From: Terriglobia bacterium | GTDB lineage: Bacteria > Acidobacteriota > Terriglobia > Acidiferrales > UBA7541 | Reading direction: 5' to 3' | Assembly: GCA_963695545.1 (NCBI GenBank) | Contig: OY968796.1 | Coordinates: 2,240,001 to 2,304,000, forward strand | Length of the DNA stretch: 64,000 nucleotides | In this document: positions 1 to 8,368 of the stretch, in pieces | Layout of the letters: each line of letters starts with the position of its first letter | Numbering within the stretch: position 1 is the stretch's first letter | The notes under the pieces: generated by a model | What the model saw: the letters and a program-made list of their open reading frames with translations, nothing else | What the model was told of the DNA's origin: nothing | Databases searched by the model: none | Made by a program: the position numbers and the translations under genes

Positions 1-276
1 CGCGCGAGGATTGGCAACCGGATCGTAAAGTCCCGGCGGCGCGAGATGCTGGCTCGCTGCGGTCGACCCCGCGGCTGGTTTTGTGGCCGCGGCGCCAGCC
101 ACGCTGGCGGGAGCGGTAGCGCCTTGCGCGGTCGCGCGAGTAGCGCACGTTAAGAGGAAGGCTGCGGCCAGGCCGAGCAATGGTGCGAGGCGTGAGGCCG
201 CTGAATGGCGCGCGGCGCGGATATCGCTAGACATTCTGGATCGTGGAACTTCGGCGATGTTTTGCGCCTCTTGCAT
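1..276 (-). CDS. N-terminus of a secreted protein, partial, running off the left edge; possibly a glycoside hydrolase
   Basis: Not in the ORF track; translated by hand from ATG 276 (alternative ATG 234): ...MSSDIRAARHSAASRLAPLLGLAAAFLLTCATRATAQGATAPASVAGAAATKPAAGS...YDPVANPRA. Signal peptide-like segment then an Ala/Pro linker; the last residues recall GH31-type N-termini (weak). Confidence 0.55.
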   Translation of the reverse strand, partial: MQEAQNIAEVPRSRMSSDIRAARHSAASRLAPLLGLAAAFLLTCATRATAQGATAPASVAGAAATKPAAGSTAASQHLAPPGLYDPVANPRA

Positions 277-582
277 AATCGCGTTCACCAGCCTCGGGCG
301 ATTCGGATCGGATGAGCCAACCAACAGCGCGTGCCTCGCCCCGCAACTTCGCACGCACGCCACGCCCCGGCGCATGATAACGCTAACGCGCGGCCGCCGA
401 TAGGAGCGCGCCGCCGGTCCTGGTGATCTCTAAGGGTTTTTCCCGTGGCGAATAGGGGTGCTCGTGTATTGATCTGCGGCGCCTTTTGCGTATGATCGCG
501 ACTGCCAGTGTCAGATAATGGTTTCGAGTTGCAGCGACGAAGCGCAGGATACTCAAGGCTGAACCGCTTGATTAAAAAGACG

Positions 583-611
583 TTGACAAGGTTCGGGTGG
601 TCGCTTAAGTT
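583..611 (+). promoter_or_regulatory. sigma70-type promoter of the first FecR-like gene
   Basis: TTGACA (583-588), 17-nt spacer, TAAGTT (606-611); A-rich tract upstream; GGAGG RBS before GTG 639. Confidence 0.7.
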
Positions 612-638
612 GAAGTTACGTGTAGGTGGAGGCCCATC

Positions 639-1307
639 GTGCGCATTTCGACGAAGACCAGAGTTTTCGCGGTGCTGGCGGTCTCAGTACTGGCCGTGTC
701 CGCTGCGGCTGCGCCTGGCTCCGTGGGAACTATGGGAGTCGTGTTGCAGGCCAGTAACGCCAATCTGAGCGGTTCGCCGGTAGTGACTGGCGCGACGATC
801 TTCGGCGGCGATACTCTGGCCACGGACAACGCGGGCGAATTGCGCGCACGGTTTGGATCGTCGCAAATTTATCTGTTCCCCAATTCGACTGTGTCCGTCA
901 GTCCGACTTCGAATGGTTTCAGTGCCGATTTGACGGGCGGATCGGTGCTTTTGTCCTCCGGTGCGGGAGAGACCTATCAGGTTCTAGCGGATGGCGCTGT
1001 CGTGCAGCCGAAGGCGAACGAGAAGAGTGTGGCCCAGATTTCCTGGGTCAGCCCGACCGAGCTAATGCTGTCCAGCCGACAGGGCGATTTGGAAGTGACG
1101 ATGGGCGACGAGACGAAGACGGTCGACGAAGGGTCGTCGTACCGGATGATGATCGCGCCTGCCTCGCAACCTGGCGCTCCCTCTCCGGCCCCGCCGGCGG
1201 CGGTCTCCGGTCAGAACCGTTTCTATTTCGTGGCAATCGTTGCGATAGCGGTGACGACCACAGTCCTGCTGGTTCGTGCGCACATCAGCACGCACGCGAC
1301 CGACTAG
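639..1307 (+). CDS. Exported FecR-like beta-domain protein with C-terminal membrane anchor (copy 1)
   Basis: Signal peptide, GDTLATDNAGELRARFGSSQIYLFPNS FecR-like segment, Pro/Ala linker, C-terminal hydrophobic helix; close paralog at 1552-2226. Confidence 0.75.
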   Translation: MRISTKTRVFAVLAVSVLAVSAAAAPGSVGTMGVVLQASNANLSGSPVVTGATIFGGDTLATDNAGELRARFGSSQIYLFPNSTVSVSPTSNGFSADLTGGSVLLSSGAGETYQVLADGAVVQPKANEKSVAQISWVSPTELMLSSRQGDLEVTMGDETKTVDEGSSYRMMIAPASQPGAPSPAPPAAVSGQNRFYFVAIVAIAVTTTVLLVRAHISTHATD

Positions 1308-1332
1308 CCGATTGCCGAGCATAGATTTTGCG

Positions 1333-1365
1333 GGGCGGTCCGTATCCGGACCGCCCTTTTTTTTT
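1333..1365 (+). terminator. Rho-independent terminator
   Basis: GGGCGGTCCG-TATC-CGGACCGCCC followed by T9. Confidence 0.9.
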
Positions 1366-1495
1366 CGTTTACATCGTCTCGCCTGCGCGCGGCGTATTGG
1401 ATTGGTCGTGTCACTTTTCAGTTTCGCGTCGTTTTGCGAGACTGTGACGAGCGGGCGGGCGCTGTTCCGATCTGAACCAATCAAAAATAAGTGCG

Positions 1496-1524
1496 TTGAC
1501 AGGATTTGAGCGCGCACATAACGT
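1496..1524 (+). promoter_or_regulatory. sigma70-type promoter of the second FecR-like gene
   Basis: TTGACA (1496-1501), 17-nt spacer, TAACGT (1519-1524); same spacing to RBS/start as copy 1. Confidence 0.7.
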
Positions 1525-1551
1525 GAATGCAAGCCTTGGTGGAGGCGCATC

Positions 1552-2226
1552 GTGCGCATGTTAACGAAGTCCGGAATATTCGCAGTGATTGCAGTGGCAG
1601 TCCTCGCGGCTTCTGCGGCGTCTGCACCAGTTCCCACAGCTTCGATGGGATCTATAGTGCAGGCCAACAATGCAAGTCTGAACGGATTGCCGGCGGTGAA
1701 TCGCGCCACGATCTCGAGCGGCGATACTCTGGCCACGGAGAACGCGGGAGCGCTGCGCGCGCAGCTCGGATCGTCGCAGATTTATCTGTTCGCGAATTCC
1801 AGCGTGTCTGTGAACCACACGGCAAGCGGATTCAGCGCCGACTTGGCTAGTGGATCCGTGCTTCTTTCCTCGGGCGCGGGCCAGACCTACCAGGTTTTGG
1901 CCGACGGGGCCGTCGTCCAGCCGAAGTCGAATCAGAAGAGCGTGGCTCAGATTTCCTGGGTGAGCCCAACCGAGCTGATGCTGACCAGCCGTCAAGGCGA
2001 TTTGGAAGTGACCATGGGTGCCGAGACGCAGACCGTGAACGAAGGCTCTTCTTACCGGATGATGATCGCGCCAGCCTCACAGCCTGGGGCTTCGCCTGCG
2101 GGGCAGCCGGCGTCGCCCTCGGGCGGAGGTTCGAGCGCGTTCTACCTGGTGGCCATCAGCGTGGTGGCGGCCGGGACGGGTGTCGCGCTGTGGCGCGCGT
2201 TTGAAAGCACGAGCTCAACCAACTAA
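1552..2226 (+). CDS. Exported FecR-like beta-domain protein with C-terminal membrane anchor (copy 2)
   Basis: Long identical stretches with 639-1307 (e.g. TYQVLADGAVVQPK, KSVAQISWVSPTELML, EGSSYRMMIAPASQPGA). Confidence 0.75.
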   Translation: MRMLTKSGIFAVIAVAVLAASAASAPVPTASMGSIVQANNASLNGLPAVNRATISSGDTLATENAGALRAQLGSSQIYLFANSSVSVNHTASGFSADLASGSVLLSSGAGQTYQVLADGAVVQPKSNQKSVAQISWVSPTELMLTSRQGDLEVTMGAETQTVNEGSSYRMMIAPASQPGASPAGQPASPSGGGSSAFYLVAISVVAAGTGVALWRAFESTSSTN

Positions 2227-2251
2227 CCGAGCATCCATCACAGATTGATAC

Positions 2252-2287
2252 GGGGCAGTCCGAAATCGGGCTGCCCCATTTTCTTTC
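2252..2287 (+). terminator. Rho-independent terminator
   Basis: GGGGCAGTCCGA-AA-TCGGGCTGCCCC followed by a T-rich tract. Confidence 0.75.
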
Positions 2288-2437
2288 TCGCGCGGCGATT
2301 TTGCGGCCTCGCGACGATAGGCCTCCGCTCGCGACGCGCGCGCAGTGCGGAGCACCTGTACTGTCGGGCAATGTGGCAATTTGGGCATTGCGCGGCAACG
2401 CGATCGGGGCGAGGCGCCGTCCAATTGCTAAAATTGC

Positions 2438-3925
2438 ATGATGCGATACTGGCCCCTACGTTTCCTGGCGGCGCTGACGGCCATTGTTGCGGCCGCCACG
2501 CTGGCGCCCGGCTTACTGGGCGACACGATTGTGCTGAAGAATGGCCGGCACATCGAAGCGGATAACGTGGAAGTGCGCGACGGCTGGGTGAGCTACGACA
2601 CGCCGGCTGGTCGAATGAGCCTGCCTGATTCCATCGTGGCGCACATCGTGCGCGAACCCCAAGGGCAGGGCGCGAGCACGGGTTCAGGTTCTGGGACTGC
2701 GACGGTGAACGAACACGCGGCGAACCTGGCGATCGCCCCGCCGGATAGCTTGGCGTCCACCGCTTCGACCAACGAAGCTGGGCGCGCGGCAGTGCACGAC
2801 GGCGCGGTGGATCGCGATGCGCTGTTGCGCATGGAATCAGAAGCGCAAGGCGGCGATGCGACAGCGGTGGCTCGCGTAACGGTGGCGCTTTCGGCCGCGG
2901 CGCAATTCGAGGTGGGCCACGGACAGCTCGACGAGGCGCTGGACGATTATCGCGAGGCGCTGGGATTCGCGCCGAACGACCTTACGCTGCTTCTCGACGC
3001 AGGCTACCTGCACCTAAAGCGCAGCGAGTACTCGGCCGCGCTCGACGTACTGGATCATGCGTTCAGCGTTTCGCCCGATTCGCCGGAAGTTGCCAAGCTG
3101 CGCGGCTGGGCTTACTACGGGCTGAGCCGGATCGAGGCGGCTGTGGCGGAGTGGCAGCGCTCGCTCGATTTGAAGCCTGATCCGGAAGTGCAAAAAGCGC
3201 TGGATAAGGCTACGCGTGACGTGCAAGAGGAAGCGGACTACCGCGAGAACGAAACCGCACACTTCATTTTGCGCTACAACGGCGACGCGACGCCGCAACT
3301 GGCCACCGAGATTTTGCACGCGCTCGAAGACGACTTCAGCGAAATCAGCAACACGCTCGACTACACGCCACCGGAACCTATCAGCGTGGTGCTCTACACC
3401 AATCAGGAATTCACGGACATCACACGCGCGCCGAATTGGGTGGGCGCGCTGAATGACGGACGCATCCGGATCCCCGTGGATGGGCTGGGCACGGTGACGG
3501 ACGCGCTGGCGCATGTGTTGAAGCACGAACTAACGCACAGTTTCCTAACGCAAAAGACGCACGGACTTTGCCCGGTTTGGCTGCAGGAGGGAATTGCGCA
3601 ATACATGGAAGGCAAGCGAAGCGGTGCGGCGGCTGCGTCGCTCGTGGCAACTTTCAATGACCACATGGATGTTTCGCTGGCTTCATACGAAGGGTCGTGG
3701 CTGAATCTCGAGCCCGACGCGGCGACGGCGGCGTATGCGTGGTCGCTCGCGAATGTCGAGGCGATTATCGCGATCGACGGGATGGGTCAATTAACGCTGG
3801 TGCTCGATAAGATTGCCGCGGGTACGGCGACCGAAGACGCCCTGCGCGCGGTGCTGCAGATGAGCTATAGCGATTTGGCAATGAGCACGGCTGGATATCT
3901 TCGCCGGACATATCTCGATAATTGA
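2438..3925 (+). CDS. Secreted TPR-repeat protein with peptidase MA-like (zincin) domain
   Basis: Signal peptide, DTIVLKNG N-terminal motif, TPR-like helices, HELTH (HExxH) followed by PVWLQEGIAQY. Confidence 0.8.
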   Translation: MMRYWPLRFLAALTAIVAAATLAPGLLGDTIVLKNGRHIEADNVEVRDGWVSYDTPAGRMSLPDSIVAHIVREPQGQGASTGSGSGTATVNEHAANLAIAPPDSLASTASTNEAGRAAVHDGAVDRDALLRMESEAQGGDATAVARVTVALSAAAQFEVGHGQLDEALDDYREALGFAPNDLTLLLDAGYLHLKRSEYSAALDVLDHAFSVSPDSPEVAKLRGWAYYGLSRIEAAVAEWQRSLDLKPDPEVQKALDKATRDVQEEADYRENETAHFILRYNGDATPQLATEILHALEDDFSEISNTLDYTPPEPISVVLYTNQEFTDITRAPNWVGALNDGRIRIPVDGLGTVTDALAHVLKHELTHSFLTQKTHGLCPVWLQEGIAQYMEGKRSGAAAASLVATFNDHMDVSLASYEGSWLNLEPDAATAAYAWSLANVEAIIAIDGMGQLTLVLDKIAAGTATEDALRAVLQMSYSDLAMSTAGYLRRTYLDN

Positions 3926-3968
3926 CGCGCGCTCGATCGTGAGCCGCAGCGCGCTTCGCCGATTTCCT

Positions 3969-5144
3969 CTACAACTCAAGTAGCAACGCCGCCAGGAGCG
4001 CTGCGCGCTCCGGCAGCGAGCGCAGAAGTATGAATTCGCCGGGGCTGTGCGCGCCGCCGCCTACGCCGCCCATGCCATCGAGCGTGGGAACGCCGATGGC
4101 CGCCGTGAAGTTTCCGTCGGAGCCGCCTCCGGCGGAGCAGTGGCCGACGTTCACTCCCATTTTCCGCGCGACGCGCTCGGCGCGCGCGTAAAGCGCTTTG
4201 CTCATGCGCGGTTCGAGAGGCGCGCGATTGAAGCCACCGCGCACGGTGAGTTTCGCGCCGGGCAGAATCGGGCGCAACGCGCGCAGGCTACGCTCGAGCG
4301 AGCGCATGGCGCGGAGACTTGGCGCGCGCAGATCCACGAGCGCGAAGGCGCGATCCGGAATAACGTTTGAGCGCGTGCCGCCGTGGATCACACCGGCGCT
4401 CACGGTGACTCCGCGGCCGGGCTGATTGAGGCGCTGCAAACGCGCGATCTGCAGCGACAATTCGAGGGCGGCATTGATTCCGTTTTGCGGATCGAGGCCA
4501 GCGTGCGCGGCGCGGCCCTCGACTTCGAGGGTTACCTCGCCGACGCCTTTGCGCGCGATTTTTAGATCGCCGCGCGCACCTCCGGCGGGTTCGAGCACGA
4601 GCGCCGCGCAACTTGCGCGCGCTTGGCGCTCGATCGCGGCGCGCGAGCTGCGGCTGCCGATTTCTTCGTCGGGCGTCCACAGGCAAACGATCGGGCGGCG
4701 CGGACGTAGCTTCAAGGCGCGCAACGCTTCGACGGCAAAAAGCGCGATCACCAGGCCGCTCTTCATATCGAACGCGCCGGGACCATAAGCGCGGCCGCCA
4801 CGTATTCGGAAAGGCGTCTTCTGAAGCGTTCCAATTTCATACACGGTGTCGAGGTGACCGAGCAGGAGAATCGGAGCGTTACCGCGCGAGCCGGCGGGGC
4901 GCCATTCGGCGCGCACTTGATCGCCCGCAGGGGATTGGCGCAGAAGGCGCACGCCGGCGCCTCGGCGGCGCCACTCCGCAGCCACGATGCGGGCCAAGCG
5001 ATCGAGCGCAGGCTTGTCGGTGCTTGGCGATTCGGCGCACACGAAACGCGCGAGCGTGCGCGTCATTCGCGGCGCGTGGCGGCGAAGCTCGGCAAGCAAG
5101 GCGCGCGGGACGGCGGCGGTTGCAGTTTTGCGCTTGGTTTTCAT
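3969..5144 (-). CDS. M20 family metallopeptidase (glutamate carboxypeptidase-like)
   Basis: GHLDTV, GPGAFDMKSG, PDEEIGS, GRAAHAG, GGSDGNF, AHSPGE motifs; start placed at ATG 5144 (ORF track extends to 5183). Confidence 0.9.
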   Translation of the reverse strand: MKTKRKTATAAVPRALLAELRRHAPRMTRTLARFVCAESPSTDKPALDRLARIVAAEWRRRGAGVRLLRQSPAGDQVRAEWRPAGSRGNAPILLLGHLDTVYEIGTLQKTPFRIRGGRAYGPGAFDMKSGLVIALFAVEALRALKLRPRRPIVCLWTPDEEIGSRSSRAAIERQARASCAALVLEPAGGARGDLKIARKGVGEVTLEVEGRAAHAGLDPQNGINAALELSLQIARLQRLNQPGRGVTVSAGVIHGGTRSNVIPDRAFALVDLRAPSLRAMRSLERSLRALRPILPGAKLTVRGGFNRAPLEPRMSKALYARAERVARKMGVNVGHCSAGGGSDGNFTAAIGVPTLDGMGGVGGGAHSPGEFILLRSLPERAALLAALLLEL

Positions 5145-5284
5145 GTACGATGGCCGCCCGAGATGCTGAGGCGACGCAGGCATTATGCCACTTATTGTTG
5201 GCAGCGAAGCGCGGGGCGACCAGGGATGGCGCCGTTTCGCGGGCGCAGGGTCGCGGACTGTGCTTTAGAAATAAATGGCCTGCG

Positions 5285-5405
5285 ATGAATCTGGAAAAAA
5301 GTCGCGCGGGTAATTTCAATTTGAGCGGGCACACGGCGATCGTTACCGGAGCGGCCACCGGAATTGGCGAAGCTATTGCGCGCCGCCTCGCGAGTGCGGG
5401 CGCAA
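5285..5405 (+). pseudogene. Truncated short-chain dehydrogenase (SDR) 5' fragment
   Basis: MNLEKSRAGNFNLSGHTAIVTGAATGIGEAIARRLASAGA carries TGxxxGIG; the frame then loses SDR character (no NAG, no YxxxK) and stops at 5599. Confidence 0.7.
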
Positions 5406-5699
5406 CGCGCGGGCCTACGAACGCCGCACGCTTCAGTGGTAACGACACAGTGGGGAGCGTACAGAGTCTCCCGGTCTCTGCGGTAAGACAACTCGAATTG
5501 GTAAATCGTGATCGAGATATTGCGGACGCTGTAAAACACCTCGCGTCCGCACTCGGTCGCTGGTACTACCCAATTCGATTTCGCAGGCCGTGGCTGTGAT
5601 GTAGACTCTTTCGCTGGAACTGGTGCAAAAACTCGGGGTGGTGGCCACAGCTGTTTCTTGTCGACGACCAGCTTTGACTACTGCAAGTCTGCAAAGACG

Positions 5700-6368
5700 A
5701 TGAAACCGCAACGGAATATTACTGCCCTCCGCGACCTGGTCCGGGATCGGATTCAACGCAATATCGACGTCAAGCGCGCGTTGCTGGCCGATGTCGGTTT
5801 TCAAGATCAAGTAGCACAGGTCGCGGCGCGAATTGTGAAGTCGCTTCGCGCGGGTGGCAAGGTGATCTTCTTCGGCAACGGTGGAAGCGCCGCCGATGCG
5901 CAACATCTGGCCGCGGAATTCACGGGACGCTATGTGAAGGAACGTCGGGCGCTCGCGGCGATTGCGCTCAATACGAACTCTTCCTCAATGACGTCGATCG
6001 GCAACGATTATGGATTCGATTTTGTGTTCGCGCGTCAAATCGAAGCGCTGGGCAAAGAGGGAGATGTCGCGATTGGCATTTCAACCAGCGGAAATTCGGG
6101 CAATGTGCTTCGAGCCCTCGAATCTGCAAAATCGAAATCGATGTATACGGCCGCTCTGACCGGTGCATCCGGTGGAGCGGTGAAAAATATTGCGGATTGC
6201 ACGATTTGCATTCCTTCGGAAGAGACTCCTCGAATTCAAGAGTGTCATGTGCTCGCCGGTCACCTGATCTGTGAAATTGTGGAATTACTGCTCTTCGGGT
6301 CGCCCGACGTGGAATTCGCTGAAGCTGGTGGCGCGGCGGCGCGGCGTCGGGTCTCGAATCCGAAATAA
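5700..6368 (+). CDS. gmhA: D-sedoheptulose 7-phosphate isomerase (copy 1)
   Basis: FGNGGSAADAQHLAAEF, GNDYGF, ISTSGNS, TPRIQECH motifs. Confidence 0.92.
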   Translation: MKPQRNITALRDLVRDRIQRNIDVKRALLADVGFQDQVAQVAARIVKSLRAGGKVIFFGNGGSAADAQHLAAEFTGRYVKERRALAAIALNTNSSSMTSIGNDYGFDFVFARQIEALGKEGDVAIGISTSGNSGNVLRALESAKSKSMYTAALTGASGGAVKNIADCTICIPSEETPRIQECHVLAGHLICEIVELLLFGSPDVEFAEAGGAAARRRVSNPK

Positions 6369-6527
6369 GGAGCCGCGGGAACCAGCGGAAACGAAAGGGT
6401 GGGTGCTGGAAACTCTCTCGCGAGGCGCCACGAAATAGCTTAGGTTGCTAGGTCAGTCAGCGAAAGCTGCACACCTAATAATTGAGCGAGTCAGTCCGTC
6501 CGTAATGCTTTCGTTCGCACATGATTT

Positions 6528-7157
6528 CTAGAGTGGATAGCGGCCACGTGCCCAGATGATCGAGCGATTCACCATTGAGAGCGGAAAGATAGTTGGGCGC
6601 ACGACGTCGACGAAGAGCACTACGCGATAACCCTCCGTGTCGTTCCAGACTTCGTGCTCGTTGCTATCGTCGAAGATCATGCTTTTTCCCTCCTGCCAAC
6701 AGGCCACGTCGTGTCCGACGCGAATTCTGCAATTGGCTTCGGGCTGTGGGATCAGCAGTCCAAGGTGGTAGCGCAGCACGCCTTTGTAAGGGCCGCGGTG
6801 CGGAGGTATATGCTTGTGGGGCGACAGGATCGAGAACATCGCGCTCTTCATACCCGGAATGGTATGCAGCAATCGCACGGTCTCTGGGCACCGCTCGCAG
6901 TTCTCCTTGAACTTATTGCCAAACGAATAGAAAAGGAACGTCTTCCACTGGTCTCCTTCGGTGAGAGCAGCCTGCGCCTTCGAAACATCCTGGAAGTTCG
7001 GTATGTCCTCGCGGCGCACCATCAGCGCGTCTAATTCCCTGCGGATGGTTTTCCATTCAGACTCTATCCCGGCGACCCAGGGGAAGGTGTCTGTCTCGAA
7101 GAATGTCTTGTCCCCGTCACGATAGAAAAGCACTTTTTCTACGATATCTCGGACCAT
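6528..7157 (-). CDS. Aspartyl/asparaginyl beta-hydroxylase family Fe(II)/2-oxoglutarate dioxygenase
   Basis: CPET, AMFSILSP-HIPPHRGP, LRYHLGL, W-EGK-MIFDDS-EHEVWN, RVVLFVD motifs; GAGGAG RBS. Confidence 0.88.
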   Translation of the reverse strand: MVRDIVEKVLFYRDGDKTFFETDTFPWVAGIESEWKTIRRELDALMVRREDIPNFQDVSKAQAALTEGDQWKTFLFYSFGNKFKENCERCPETVRLLHTIPGMKSAMFSILSPHKHIPPHRGPYKGVLRYHLGLLIPQPEANCRIRVGHDVACWQEGKSMIFDDSNEHEVWNDTEGYRVVLFVDVVRPTIFPLSMVNRSIIWARGRYPL

Positions 7158-7582
7158 ATTCTCCTCCTCACATCGGTGGCGGAACAGATTTCTCCCGGGT
7201 GGCCATGTCGGGCTCTTCTACGCGGGGGCGTGAGACAGTGTATATCACATTCTGAAGCTCTGAAACCGCGGTGGTCCAGAACTCTGACCGTTCGGCGCTC
7301 GGGGGCGGGGAGAGGCCAGAAAGGCCACCTTTCCGCAAGGGCACTGGGTGGTCGACCCGTGAACACGGTGTTAAAGGGATGTCGCTGGACCGGGACGGTA
7401 TAGTGCGGCGGGCGAACGCTTTGGCAAATCGTGGCAAGAGTTTTCACTTATTTTCGGTTAACGCCTCATCTGGGCTGTCGGCGAGCGGGTGTGGGCGACA
7501 CGCGTAGCTACTAAGCTTCTTGTTTTCAGGCACTTGGAATATTATCGCCCCAGGCCATCCTGGCGCGCTCTGGGTCGGAGTC

Positions 7583-7597
7583 TGGCAGGCGGGTTGC
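7583..7597 (+). promoter_or_regulatory. sigma54 (-24/-12) promoter upstream of the polysaccharide operon
   Basis: TGGCAGGCGGGTTGC = TGGCA-N6-TTGC with exact GG-N10-GC spacing, about 100 nt before the first gene. Confidence 0.7.
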
Positions 7598-7629
7598 GAG
7601 AGAGTACTGCAAGAAGGTGGCGTCTTAAT

Positions 7630-7641
7630 GGCGGTAGCCTA
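7630..7641 (+). promoter_or_regulatory. ops-like (operon polarity suppressor) pause element
   Basis: GGCGGTAGCCTA versus RfaH ops consensus GGCGGTAGnnTG, in the leader just upstream of a NusG paralog. Confidence 0.65.
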
Positions 7642-7700
7642 CTTGGACCCCGATTCGACCGGTTCCGAGAGAAGTATTTAGAGGGAGCCACTGGGTCACG

Positions 7701-8273
7701 ATGGAACTCGAAATGGGAAGCCAGAGCTGGTTCGCGGTTCAGGTGAGGACTCGCTGGGAGGCCTCCACGGCCTTGCTGCTTTCCGGCAAGGGCTACGAAA
7801 CCCTGCTACCTACCTATAAGACTAAGAAGCGCTGGAATGGAAGGCTGAGAGAGGTCAACGCGGCGCTATTCCCGGGTTACGTGTTCTGCCAATTCGATGC
7901 TCAGAAGCGGCTACCCGTCCTAGTCACGCCGGGCGTGATTTCAGTGGTGGGCTCCGGCCGAATCCCTATTGCGGTGGCGGACACCGAAATCGCCGCGATC
8001 CAAACAGTTGTTTCGTCGGGTCTGCGCGCGGAGCCATGGCCTTACCTTGAACTGGGGCAAAGAGTTCGAATCGAGCGCGATGCGCTAGAGGGCCTGGAAG
8101 GAATCCTGATTAATTTTAAGGGCAATCATCGACTGGTGGTGTCCGTAACGCTGCTTCGGCGTTCGGTGGCTTTGGAAGTTGACCGTTCTTGTGTGAGATC
8201 TGTCGGCCCGAGTCGATCGACGGTACTTGAGCCGATTGCTTCTCGTTCCATGCTGCAAGGAGTGGTGGCCTAA
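7701..8273 (+). CDS. NusG-paralog transcription antiterminator (RfaH/UpxY/LoaP-like)
   Basis: WFAVQVRTRWE, LFPGYVF NGN motif; KOW-like GQRVRIERDALEGLEGIL; first gene of a long polysaccharide operon. Confidence 0.9.
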   Translation: MELEMGSQSWFAVQVRTRWEASTALLLSGKGYETLLPTYKTKKRWNGRLREVNAALFPGYVFCQFDAQKRLPVLVTPGVISVVGSGRIPIAVADTEIAAIQTVVSSGLRAEPWPYLELGQRVRIERDALEGLEGILINFKGNHRLVVSVTLLRRSVALEVDRSCVRSVGPSRSTVLEPIASRSMLQGVVA

Positions 8274-8368
8274 GTCGACGTTCGATCTTGGGAATTGGTT
8301 AGAGTTGGCCGTCGCGGCGAAGATTCTTTTCTGGTCCGAAATCTTCGGCGACTTAGAAAGGTCTGAGC

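Noticed and set aside
4613..5599. 328-aa plus-strand ORF
   Set aside because: Mostly the antisense shadow of the M20 peptidase; only the SDR fragment from 5285 looks genuinely coding.
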